Assembly: GCA_902631785.1 (NCBI GenBank) | Contig: CACOZT010000001.1 | Location: 19,453-83,452 of the forward strand | Length of the DNA stretch: 64,000 nucleotides | Direction: 5' to 3' | Source: an uncultured SAR86 cluster bacterium | GTDB lineage: Bacteria; Pseudomonadota; Gammaproteobacteria; Magnimaribacterales; D2472 | In this document: positions 42,154 to 50,555 of the stretch, in pieces | How the letters are laid out: each line of letters opens with the position of its first letter | Position numbering within the stretch: position 1 is the stretch's first letter | Notes under the pieces: model-generated | Seen by the model: only the letters and a program-made list of their open reading frames with translations | What the model was told of the DNA's origin: nothing | Databases searched by the model: none | Program-made: the position numbers and the translations under genes

Positions 42154-42525
42154 ATGAAAAATTTGGTTGTAATATTTAGTTTTTTCCTATGTTTTACAGT
42201 TGTCGCAGATGGTCATAAAGATAGTGAAAAAACTATGAAAGATAAGTTTATGAATAATCCAAACTATCTATTGGATTTTAAAACATGTAAAGAAGTAAAA
42301 GACGGAGTATCTGGATTACTATCATTGAGTGATTCTATATGGAAAGAGATAGAACTTGATCCGGAAAATGAAGAAAAATGGCTTGAAGTAAGTGTTATGG
42401 CAGATATGGCTGCAAATTATTCAACTATTTATGACGTGTGGTGTAAAGACATGATAAATCATAGAATGAAAATGAGAAAGATGTCTGAAAAAAAGAAAGG
42501 TAAAAAAGAGAAAGAGGATAATTAA
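42154..42525 (+). CDS. Hypothetical secreted protein
   Basis: GAGGT RBS, signal peptide ending VVA, two Cys in the mature part, Lys-rich tail. Confidence 0.75.
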   Translation: MKNLVVIFSFFLCFTVVADGHKDSEKTMKDKFMNNPNYLLDFKTCKEVKDGVSGLLSLSDSIWKEIELDPENEEKWLEVSVMADMAANYSTIYDVWCKDMINHRMKMRKMSEKKKGKKEKEDN

Positions 42526-42746
42526 AATTTTCCTCTTTGAAACCTCATTCTTATTGCATAAACCCTAATGAGAGCAACAACCGTTATTATAAGTTGAACA
42601 AACATTGATATTTTTATAGGATCTGCCCATTGCCAATTATCTATTGTTAGCCACAAAAGATAGGTTTGTAATGGAAAGTTTATAATAGCTCCCATTAAAA
42701 CTATTATAACTGCTTCTCTTAGAGCAACTTTTTCTGTTTTATTCAT
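42522..42746 (-). CDS. Small two-TM hypothetical protein
   Basis: 74 aa, two hydrophobic helices, AGGA RBS, co-oriented with the YbjQ gene. Confidence 0.65.
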   Translation of the reverse strand: MNKTEKVALREAVIIVLMGAIINFPLQTYLLWLTIDNWQWADPIKISMFVQLIITVVALIRVYAIRMRFQRGKF

Positions 42747-42754
42747 ATTATTTC

Positions 42755-43081
42755 CTATTTAATTTTTACAGCAGTTCCATATGCCAAAATTTCTGCAGCT
42801 CCTGCAGCAACTGTGGAGGTTTGAAAACGGAATCCTAAAATTGCATCTGCTCCTTTTGATTCAGCATCTTCTAGCATCCTAGCATATGCCTGATCCCTCG
42901 AAGTCTTTAAAAGCTTTGAATATCCAACTAATTCTCCACCTATAACATTTTTAAGAAATGCAAAGGCGTCAGCCCCAACATTCCTAGATCTTACAGTACT
43001 TCCTTGAACAAGACCTATATGTTCAAGAATTTCAACATTCGCTATATCGTAAGTTGTAACAACTTTAATATCTTCTCTCAT
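42755..43081 (-). CDS. YbjQ/UPF0145 family protein
   Basis: GLVQG, GGELVGY, GADAI, EILAYGTAV. Confidence 0.92.
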   Translation of the reverse strand: MREDIKVVTTYDIANVEILEHIGLVQGSTVRSRNVGADAFAFLKNVIGGELVGYSKLLKTSRDQAYARMLEDAESKGADAILGFRFQTSTVAAGAAEILAYGTAVKIK

Positions 43082-43117
43082 GACATTTTCCTAATAATGG
43101 TTTAAGTTATAAATATA

Positions 43118-43450
43118 ATGCAAGAGTTAGTAGAAGCAAAGTTTTCGATTGGAAATGTTGTAAAACATAAATTTTTAAATTTTCGAGGTGTTATCTTCGA
43201 TTTAGATCCTTCTTTTAATAATACTGAAGAATGGTACAACTCAATACCAGAAAATTTCAGACCAAGAAAAGATCAGCCTTTTTATCATGTTTTTGCAGAA
43301 AACGAAGAAATATTTTATATCGCATATGTCTCAGAGCAGAATCTAATAGATGATGTAGAAAGCGGGCCTGCAAATCATCCTGATATTAAAAAAATTTTTT
43401 CACACTTTGACGGAAAAGCATACATCCCACACAATCTAGCTACAAATTAA
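43118..43450 (+). CDS. hspQ: Heat shock protein HspQ
   Basis: AKFSIG.VV.H, RGVIFDLDP, QPFYH, AYVSEQNL. Confidence 0.9.
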   Translation: MQELVEAKFSIGNVVKHKFLNFRGVIFDLDPSFNNTEEWYNSIPENFRPRKDQPFYHVFAENEEIFYIAYVSEQNLIDDVESGPANHPDIKKIFSHFDGKAYIPHNLATN

Positions 43451-44658
43451 ATATCAATTTCAAAGTGAGCAACTTCGACAGAAGTTATAAAAGCATTCAT
43501 AGCATCAGCTAGCTCTTCTTTACTCACAAATGTTGGGGCCAGTCTGATAATGCTATCGTTGGGATCATAGTTTTTTGGGAAAGTAGAACCAGCTGGAGTT
43601 ATCAATACTCCTAAATCCTTACATAACTCAACGACTTTTGATGCAATAGGTTTAGATGTTGAATAAGTTATGAAATATCCACCAGTGGGTCTTGAAAATG
43701 AACCACATTCGTCAGGAAGTTTTTCTAAATATTTGTATGCTAATTCGAATTTTGGTCTTACTAACTCAGCATGTTTTTCCATATGCACCTTAATGTTGGC
43801 AACATTCTTTAAAAACTCAACATGTCTTTTTTGATTTAATTTATCTGGACAAATGATCATCGTCGTTCTAACTTTTTTTATTAAATCCAGCGAGTGACCT
43901 GAGGTAGCCATAAAAGAAATTCCGCCGCCACCAAATGTAACTTTCGAGAAAGATGTTGTTACTACAGTTTGATCCTGCACCTTTGACTCTTCCACAACTT
44001 TCCATAAAGGTTTTTGTTCAGGAGTTGGTAAAAAATCATGAATCAAATATGCATGATCAAAAAGGAATAAAAATTTATCTGAATAATTAGATCCTAACTC
44101 AAACATCTTCTTTAAATTTTCATCTGAATATATTTCACCAGAAGGATTTGAGTGCTTTGGCACACACAGTATCCCGACGAAATCATCACCAGTTTTTAAT
44201 ACTTCTTCAAACACATTTAAATCTATCCCATCATCCAGAAGAGGTATTGGAACTGCTTCGATTCCAAAATCCTCAAGCATCATAAAATGCCTGTCAAAAC
44301 CGGGTACCGGACATATGATTTTTGGATTTTCTAAATTTTTCCATGGAGTTGGTTCTGCAAAAAGGAAATTTGAAAGAACAGTTTGATATGTTAGGAGTAA
44401 GCTAGACTGTTCTCCAGCAAGAATATTTTCAATTGGGGCATTTAATAACTCTGAGCCAAGCTTTCTTGCTTCAATTATTCCAAAAGGTTCGCCATAGTTT
44501 CTAAGGTCAACACCATCTTCAGATGAAGTTGGAATTTTGATATCTATAAGGCCGTTAGATAGGTCTAGTTGATCTTTATCTGGCTTTCCTCGAGTAATAT
44601 CAATAGATAATTGTTTTTCTTTTAAGGAATTAAATCTTTCTATAATTTCTTGGTGCAT
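43447..44658 (-). CDS. PLP aminotransferase (corynebacterial AspAT-like subgroup)
   Basis: DITRGKP..QLDLS, RNYG, PVPGFDRHF, VPKHSNPSG, SFSKVTF, IRLAPT. Confidence 0.85.
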   Translation of the reverse strand: MHQEIIERFNSLKEKQLSIDITRGKPDKDQLDLSNGLIDIKIPTSSEDGVDLRNYGEPFGIIEARKLGSELLNAPIENILAGEQSSLLLTYQTVLSNFLFAEPTPWKNLENPKIICPVPGFDRHFMMLEDFGIEAVPIPLLDDGIDLNVFEEVLKTGDDFVGILCVPKHSNPSGEIYSDENLKKMFELGSNYSDKFLFLFDHAYLIHDFLPTPEQKPLWKVVEESKVQDQTVVTTSFSKVTFGGGGISFMATSGHSLDLIKKVRTTMIICPDKLNQKRHVEFLKNVANIKVHMEKHAELVRPKFELAYKYLEKLPDECGSFSRPTGGYFITYSTSKPIASKVVELCKDLGVLITPAGSTFPKNYDPNDSIIRLAPTFVSKEELADAMNAFITSVEVAHFEIDI

Positions 44659-44686
44659 AATATATGTGTAATTTTATACTAACATC

Positions 44687-45574
44687 ATGATTAATTACTT
44701 AATATTTATATCTTTAATTCTTATATTGGGAGTATTAGTCTATCTAATTTTTAGTATAAAAAATAAAGAATCTTCAGAAATTGGTGGTGCTCAAATACTA
44801 CAGAACAAACTTAATGAAGTTTCAAATGATATTAATAAGATAGAGATTGATTTAGCTTCTGTAACTACTCCAATTAATGAATTAAATAGATTCTTAGGTG
44901 GCAATGTTACAACAGGAAGACTAGGTGAATGGAGTCTAGAATCAATTGTTCAAGACATAATGCCAAGTGATAGTTATAAGTTTCAAGCTCAAGTAAATTC
45001 TGAAACTTCTGATAGAGTAGATTGCGCAATAACAAGTGCAGAAGGATTTATTATTCCAATCGATTCAAAGTTCTATGCTGGTCAATACCAAAATTATCAA
45101 TCAGCTGGAAATGATGCAGATAGAAAGAAAGTTTTGAGAGATCTTAGAACAGCCATTTTAAGAGATGCCGAAGATATTTCTAGTAAATATATATTACAAA
45201 ATACAACATCTAACTATGCTGTACTATATGTTGCATCAGAAAAACTAGTCGATCTTATTGATACGATTGATGGTTTAAGACAAGAGTGTCTCACAGAAAA
45301 AAAAATACTTATTCTAGGGCCCAATACCCTTGCAGCTTTCCTTGATACTATTAGAGTTGGGCATCATTATTTAAAATTAAACGAAACAGCTGCAAAAGTT
45401 GCTAAAGTTGTAACTGATATCCAAAAAGAATTTTCTAATTTAGATTTAAGTACCGAATCTGTAATAAAAAGATTAGATGGAGCTTTGAAGGATGTACAAA
45501 AACTCCAAACAAGAGTGAATGTTTTAGGAAACAAGCTTGAAAAAGGTGCTGAAAGTTTAGACGAAGATCAATAA
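44687..45574 (+). CDS. rmuC: RmuC family DNA recombination protein
   Basis: N-terminal TM, GRLGEWSLE, IPIDSKF, ISSKYI, GPNTL. Confidence 0.82.
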   Translation: MINYLIFISLILILGVLVYLIFSIKNKESSEIGGAQILQNKLNEVSNDINKIEIDLASVTTPINELNRFLGGNVTTGRLGEWSLESIVQDIMPSDSYKFQAQVNSETSDRVDCAITSAEGFIIPIDSKFYAGQYQNYQSAGNDADRKKVLRDLRTAILRDAEDISSKYILQNTTSNYAVLYVASEKLVDLIDTIDGLRQECLTEKKILILGPNTLAAFLDTIRVGHHYLKLNETAAKVAKVVTDIQKEFSNLDLSTESVIKRLDGALKDVQKLQTRVNVLGNKLEKGAESLDEDQ

Positions 45575-47124
45575 TGCAAAATCTAAAATTATGGAAATAC
45601 ATTTCATTGCCATGGATAATCTTTACATTTATTTTCTTTATAGTTTTTTTTATTCTTGCTTTTACTAAGGATATTGATATTGAATTCTTATCGAGTACCT
45701 ATTTATTAGGGCTATTTCGCAATACAATTTTATTATCTTTTGGGTCTGCATTTATATCTATGCTTTTGGCAGTTCCTTTAGCAATATTGGTAACTTTTTA
45801 TAAATTTCCTGGCTGCAATTTTTTTAGTTGGGCTTTAAGTCTTTCAATAGCTTTCCCTGCATATGTTTATGCGTTTATTTTTGTTGGAATCTTCGAATAC
45901 TCAAGCCCTGTATCAGAATTTTTTCGAAATATAGGAATTATCTTGCCATCAATCAAAAATATATTTGGTGCTTCTTTGATAATGTCGATGGCTTTATTTC
46001 CATATATTTTTCTAATAACCAAGGTTCAATTGTCTTCCGTTGGCATAAAAATATTTAGAGCAGCAAAATCTCTTGGCGATTCAAATTTAAGTGCTATCAG
46101 AAAAGTAATACTCCCATCACTTATACCAGCAATTATTGGAGGAATGACTTTAGTGATCTTTGAAATAATTGCAGACTTTGGAGGAGTATCAACTTTAAGA
46201 ATAGAAACATTTACAGTGGGTATTTATGATGCATGGTTTGGATACCAAAGCTATTACTCTGGAGCTAGATTAGCTGGGTATCTTTTGATATTCGTCTTTT
46301 TTATAATGCTACTTTCCAAATATTTTGTGGAGGGCAATAAGATGGTTGCCCCAAAAACCGCAGAATTAGTTAATAAAATAGAATTAGCTAAATCTAAACA
46401 AATAATATTTACATTGTTAAGCTCATTAATATTTTTAATAGTCTTCTGTTTACCATTATTTCAACTTATCTATTGGCAATTATCTGATTTGAGTATAAAT
46501 CTTATCGATAACTTATATTTATTAATAAATTCTTTGATATTGGGTGTTTCTGTTGGAGTTTCCACGATCTTTTTTGCAATCGCCCTTTCGCTTTCTTATA
46601 GACAGTCAAAAAGATTGAAATCATTAATATCAATTTCAACATCAGGATATGCTATTCCAGGATCCGTCATATCTGCAGGACTTTTAATAGGATTTGATGC
46701 AATTTTTAGTACTTCAATAACTTTTTATGGAATATTTAGTCTAATTATTTGTTTAAGTCTAAGGTTCATGACTCCTGCTTATAATTATTCTGCTTCTTCT
46801 TTAACTAATATCTCTAACTCAGCTGAAAACGCACTTTCACTTATTCCTAGTAATTCTATAAAAGCATTTCGTTCATTTTATTATCCTCAAATGAAGTCGG
46901 CGTTATTTTTAGGATTCATGATTGTGTTTATTGAGTCTGTAAAGGAACAACCAGCAACACTTCTTCTTAGGCCTGTTGGATTCGATACTCTTTCAACAAA
47001 AATTTATAATTTCACAAGCGAAGGTCAATGGGAGATGGCAGCAAGTCCAAGTATTTTGTTAATATTTTTAAGTCTTCTATTTGTATATTTGATTAATAAG
47101 AATATTGATCTAATTACTAAATAA
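45574..47124 (+). CDS. Fe3+ ABC transporter permease (FbpB-like)
   Basis: Duplicated permease domain; PAYVYAF, ADFG, GYAIPGSV, KEQPATLLLRP.GFDTL. Confidence 0.85.
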   Translation: MQNLKLWKYISLPWIIFTFIFFIVFFILAFTKDIDIEFLSSTYLLGLFRNTILLSFGSAFISMLLAVPLAILVTFYKFPGCNFFSWALSLSIAFPAYVYAFIFVGIFEYSSPVSEFFRNIGIILPSIKNIFGASLIMSMALFPYIFLITKVQLSSVGIKIFRAAKSLGDSNLSAIRKVILPSLIPAIIGGMTLVIFEIIADFGGVSTLRIETFTVGIYDAWFGYQSYYSGARLAGYLLIFVFFIMLLSKYFVEGNKMVAPKTAELVNKIELAKSKQIIFTLLSSLIFLIVFCLPLFQLIYWQLSDLSINLIDNLYLLINSLILGVSVGVSTIFFAIALSLSYRQSKRLKSLISISTSGYAIPGSVISAGLLIGFDAIFSTSITFYGIFSLIICLSLRFMTPAYNYSASSLTNISNSAENALSLIPSNSIKAFRSFYYPQMKSALFLGFMIVFIESVKEQPATLLLRPVGFDTLSTKIYNFTSEGQWEMAASPSILLIFLSLLFVYLINKNIDLITK

Positions 47125-47128
47125 ATAT

Positions 47129-47614
47129 ATGCAAGAAAATGAATATAGATTAAACGTTAGTGTAATTATTGCAAATAGGCAAGGTAAATTATTACTCTGT
47201 AAAAGAAAAGGTATGAATAGCTGGCAATTTCCGCAAGGAGGAATTGATTTTGGAGAAAATTCTCTTAAAGCTGCTAAAAGGGAGTTATTTGAAGAAGTTG
47301 GAATAAAATCAAAATCAGTAAAATTAATAGATTCGATTGATGATTGGCTAAAATATGATATTCCAAATAAAAGCAGAAGAAAAAAAATATTCAAAACTAA
47401 CTTTAAGGGACAAAAACAGAAATGGTTTTTATTTAAGTTAAAAGAGGATGTGGAGATATCTTTTGATAACGATCCTGATAATGAGTTTGATAGTTTTAAA
47501 TGGGTATCCTACTGGTACCCTCTTAATGTGATCATTTCATTCAAAGAAAAAGTCTATAGAGAAGCATTAAATAAATTAAAATATTCATTCTGCAGAGAAT
47601 TTAATAATGTTTGA
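47129..47614 (+). CDS. rppH: RNA pyrophosphohydrolase
   Basis: YRLNV, WQFPQGG, Nudix RELFEEVG, GQKQKWF, WVSYWYP. Confidence 0.94.
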   Translation: MQENEYRLNVSVIIANRQGKLLLCKRKGMNSWQFPQGGIDFGENSLKAAKRELFEEVGIKSKSVKLIDSIDDWLKYDIPNKSRRKKIFKTNFKGQKQKWFLFKLKEDVEISFDNDPDNEFDSFKWVSYWYPLNVIISFKEKVYREALNKLKYSFCREFNNV

Positions 47615-48395
47615 TGAAATTTTTATATTTGGAGCGCTAGGAATTCTTTCAGGATTATTGGCTGGTATGTTCGGCATTGGAGGCGGGCTTATTATGGTTC
47701 CAGTTCTTATAGGAACATTCATTAATCTTGGCTTTAATGAGGAAATTATCGTTCAGCTCGCAATTGGCACATCAATATCATGTATTATCTTCACAAGCCT
47801 TTCGTCAGCAAATGCTCATAGGAAAAAAAATTCAATTGATTTTGATAGCTTGAAACCGGTTGCTACTGGGATAATATTTGGTGCATTTTTGGGAGCATTA
47901 TTTGCAGTCCAAGTCGATGGAATAATATTAAAAATTACAATCGCAACATTCATATTAGTAGTTGGCCTCGATATTCTTTTAAATAAGGACTTCCTGCAAA
48001 ATATGTTTCGCCTAAAGCCTAAATCAGTTTTTGTTGGTTCTGGAATTGGTTTCTTATCCTCTATTTTAGGTATCGGAGGAGGAACTTTTTCAGTTCCCTA
48101 TTTCAAAGGATCTGGACTAAATCTTACATCTGCAATTGGCACATCAGCTGCGTGTGGAGTACCAATAGCTATTTTTGGGACGCTAGGATATATTTTTGCA
48201 GGCATAAATCAGAATATGCTGCCTAACTTAAGTTTTGGATATATTTATTTACCTGCTCTTTTGGGGGTCTCAATTACAAGTGTTTTTTCTGCAAAATATG
48301 GTGCTGATATAGCTCATTATTTGTCACAAACAACTTTGAGAAGACTTATGGCAGGTTGGTTTTTTATAATATCAATATATATGTTCATCGTATGA
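47607..48395 (+). CDS. TauE/SafE family membrane protein
   Basis: Duplicated GIGGG..VP and AIGTS motifs. Confidence 0.88.
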   Translation: MFDEIFIFGALGILSGLLAGMFGIGGGLIMVPVLIGTFINLGFNEEIIVQLAIGTSISCIIFTSLSSANAHRKKNSIDFDSLKPVATGIIFGAFLGALFAVQVDGIILKITIATFILVVGLDILLNKDFLQNMFRLKPKSVFVGSGIGFLSSILGIGGGTFSVPYFKGSGLNLTSAIGTSAACGVPIAIFGTLGYIFAGINQNMLPNLSFGYIYLPALLGVSITSVFSAKYGADIAHYLSQTTLRRLMAGWFFIISIYMFIV

Positions 48396-49189
48396 TAATA
48401 GAGCTATCAAATTTCTTTAATAATCCAACGCTAGTTGAGTTAGGGCCTTTAAAAATTCAATACTATGCAGTGACATGGTTGTTATCTGCATTTCTAATTT
48501 ATGTTTTTTTAAAAAATAGTAGAGCAATGACTGAAATAGGTCTCAATAAAGATGAAATAAACGATATGGTTTTTTTGTATGGATTATTCTTCGGAGCAAT
48601 CTGTGGTGGAAGAATAGGATACATGTTCATATATGGTTCAGAACAATTAATAAATAATCCGCTATCTTTATTTTATGTTTGGCAAGGCGGACTGAGTTTT
48701 CATGGTGGCTTAATTGGTGTAATTATTAGCCTAATTATCTTTTGTCATAAAAAAAATATTGAGTTATTAAAGTTATTAGATGGTGTAGCATTAGCAATGC
48801 CTATCGGTCTTGGCATAGTAAGAATTGGTAATTTTCTAAATGGTGAATTATATGGCAAGGCTACAAATGGAGATTGGGGCTTTATATTTCCAACTGATCC
48901 GTTTGGAGTCTTGAGACATCCATCTCAAATTTACGAAAGTTTTGGTGAAGGATTATTATTATTCATAATTTTATTTGTAGTTAGTAAACAGACGAATTTG
49001 AAAGGTGTAGTTTCTTCATCATTTCTTATTTTTTATGGACTAATAAGATTTATAATTGAATTCTTTAGGCAGCCTGATGCTCACATAGGTTACATTGCTT
49101 TTGAGTCATTAAGTATGGGTCAGATTTTATGTATACCAATGATGATTATTGGATTTTTTATGTTGATTTACTCAAGGAACAATAAATGA
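48392..49189 (+). CDS. lgt: Prolipoprotein diacylglyceryl transferase
   Basis: GGRIGY, WQGGLSFHGG, RIGNFLNGELYG, HPSQIYE, EFFRQPD. Confidence 0.95.
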   Translation: MIIELSNFFNNPTLVELGPLKIQYYAVTWLLSAFLIYVFLKNSRAMTEIGLNKDEINDMVFLYGLFFGAICGGRIGYMFIYGSEQLINNPLSLFYVWQGGLSFHGGLIGVIISLIIFCHKKNIELLKLLDGVALAMPIGLGIVRIGNFLNGELYGKATNGDWGFIFPTDPFGVLRHPSQIYESFGEGLLLFIILFVVSKQTNLKGVVSSSFLIFYGLIRFIIEFFRQPDAHIGYIAFESLSMGQILCIPMMIIGFFMLIYSRNNK

Positions 49190-50049
49190 AAGCTTACTTA
49201 AACCTTCTTCAGTATATTCTAGAAAATGGAGAAGAAAAGAGTGATAGAACTAATACTGGGACAATATCATCTTTCGGGCACCAGTTTGAGTTTGATTTAG
49301 AAAAAGGATTCCCGGCAGTTACTACAAAATCTCTTGCATGGAAAGGTGTTGTGTCTGAACTTTTGTGGTTCCTTGAAGGTTCTGATGATGAAAGAAGGCT
49401 TGCTGAGATAAGATTCAATAAAGATAGGACTGAATTAACTGATTTAGAAAAATACTCAACAATATGGACTGATAATGCAGACACACAAGGCAAAGATTTA
49501 GGATATGAAAATTCAGATACAAAAAAGTTACTAGGTCCAGTTTATGGTGTTCAATGGAGAAATTGGTGTGGAACTGATCAAATCAAAGATTTACTTAAAG
49601 GATTGAAAGAGAATCCAGATGGTAGAAGACATATTCTTTCTGCATGGAATGTTGGTGAAATAGAAAAAATGGCTCTGCCGCCATGTCATGTTATGTCACA
49701 ATTTTATATTCATAATAATTCTATAAGTTGTCACATGTATCAAAGAAGTGCTGATATGTTTCTTGGAGTTCCTTTTAACATAGCAAGTTATGCTTTGCTT
49801 TTATCTATTTTTGGTGAAATCCTAGATTTACAACCAAAAAGGTTTATACATTCTTTTGGTGATGCTCACATTTATAAAAATTCAATTGAGCAAGTAAAGG
49901 AGCAAATATCAAGAGAGCCTAGGCCACTTCCAACTCTAAAAATGCCTCAAATCAATTCTCTTGAAGATATTAATAAATATGGCGTAAATGATTTTATTTT
50001 AGAAAATTATGATCCTCATCCTCAAATTAAAGCAGAAATGGCAGTATGA
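49186..50049 (+). CDS. thyA: Thymidylate synthase (T4-phage-like sequence type)
   Basis: DRTNTGT, MALPPCH, YQRSADMFLGVPFNIASY, GDAHIY. Confidence 0.96.
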   Translation: MKAYLNLLQYILENGEEKSDRTNTGTISSFGHQFEFDLEKGFPAVTTKSLAWKGVVSELLWFLEGSDDERRLAEIRFNKDRTELTDLEKYSTIWTDNADTQGKDLGYENSDTKKLLGPVYGVQWRNWCGTDQIKDLLKGLKENPDGRRHILSAWNVGEIEKMALPPCHVMSQFYIHNNSISCHMYQRSADMFLGVPFNIASYALLLSIFGEILDLQPKRFIHSFGDAHIYKNSIEQVKEQISREPRPLPTLKMPQINSLEDINKYGVNDFILENYDPHPQIKAEMAV

Positions 50050-50555
50050 GTATAATAATTTCACATGTAGTAGCTTTATCAAATAATAATGTTATTGGAG
50101 TAGATAATAAACTTCCATGGAATTTAAAAACCGATTTAAAACATTTTAAAAACTATACTACAGATAAAATTCTATTAATGGGAAGGAAAACATTTGAATC
50201 TATAGGCAAGCCTCTTCCTAATAGAATAAATTATGTTGTTTCAACAACAATGAGTGAAATTGAGGGCGCTGAGGTATTTAAAAGTACACAGGATGCTTTA
50301 GATGCAGCAAATAAAAAATGTGCAAATGATTCTAATTATAATGAAATCGTAATAATTGGTGGTGGTTATCTCTTTAGAGATACTCTAGGAATAACTAACA
50401 AATTAGTATTAACAAATGTGGATTGTGATATTGATGGAGATGTGTTTTATCCAGATATTAATTTAAATGATTGGCAAGAGAGAAATTCAGAAAACTTCTC
50501 AAAAGATGCAGAAAATGATTATGATTTTACGGTTAAAGTTTTAGAGAGGATTTAA
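50046..50555 (+). CDS. folA: Dihydrofolate reductase
   Basis: VIG..NKLPW, D..HFK, MGRKTFESI.KPLPNR, IIGGG. Confidence 0.95.
   Translation: MSIIISHVVALSNNNVIGVDNKLPWNLKTDLKHFKNYTTDKILLMGRKTFESIGKPLPNRINYVVSTTMSEIEGAEVFKSTQDALDAANKKCANDSNYNEIVIIGGGYLFRDTLGITNKLVLTNVDCDIDGDVFYPDINLNDWQERNSENFSKDAENDYDFTVKVLERI

Noticed and set aside
36480-44658. Integrative element or prophage at tRNA-Phe
   Set aside because: No integrase, phage structural genes or duplicated tRNA 3' end found by eye
49186-50049. Phage-type dCMP/dUMP hydroxymethylase (DNA modification)
   Set aside because: It keeps the TS Asn in PFNIAS and sits in lgt-thyA-folA; ordinary thymidylate synthase function is more parsimonious
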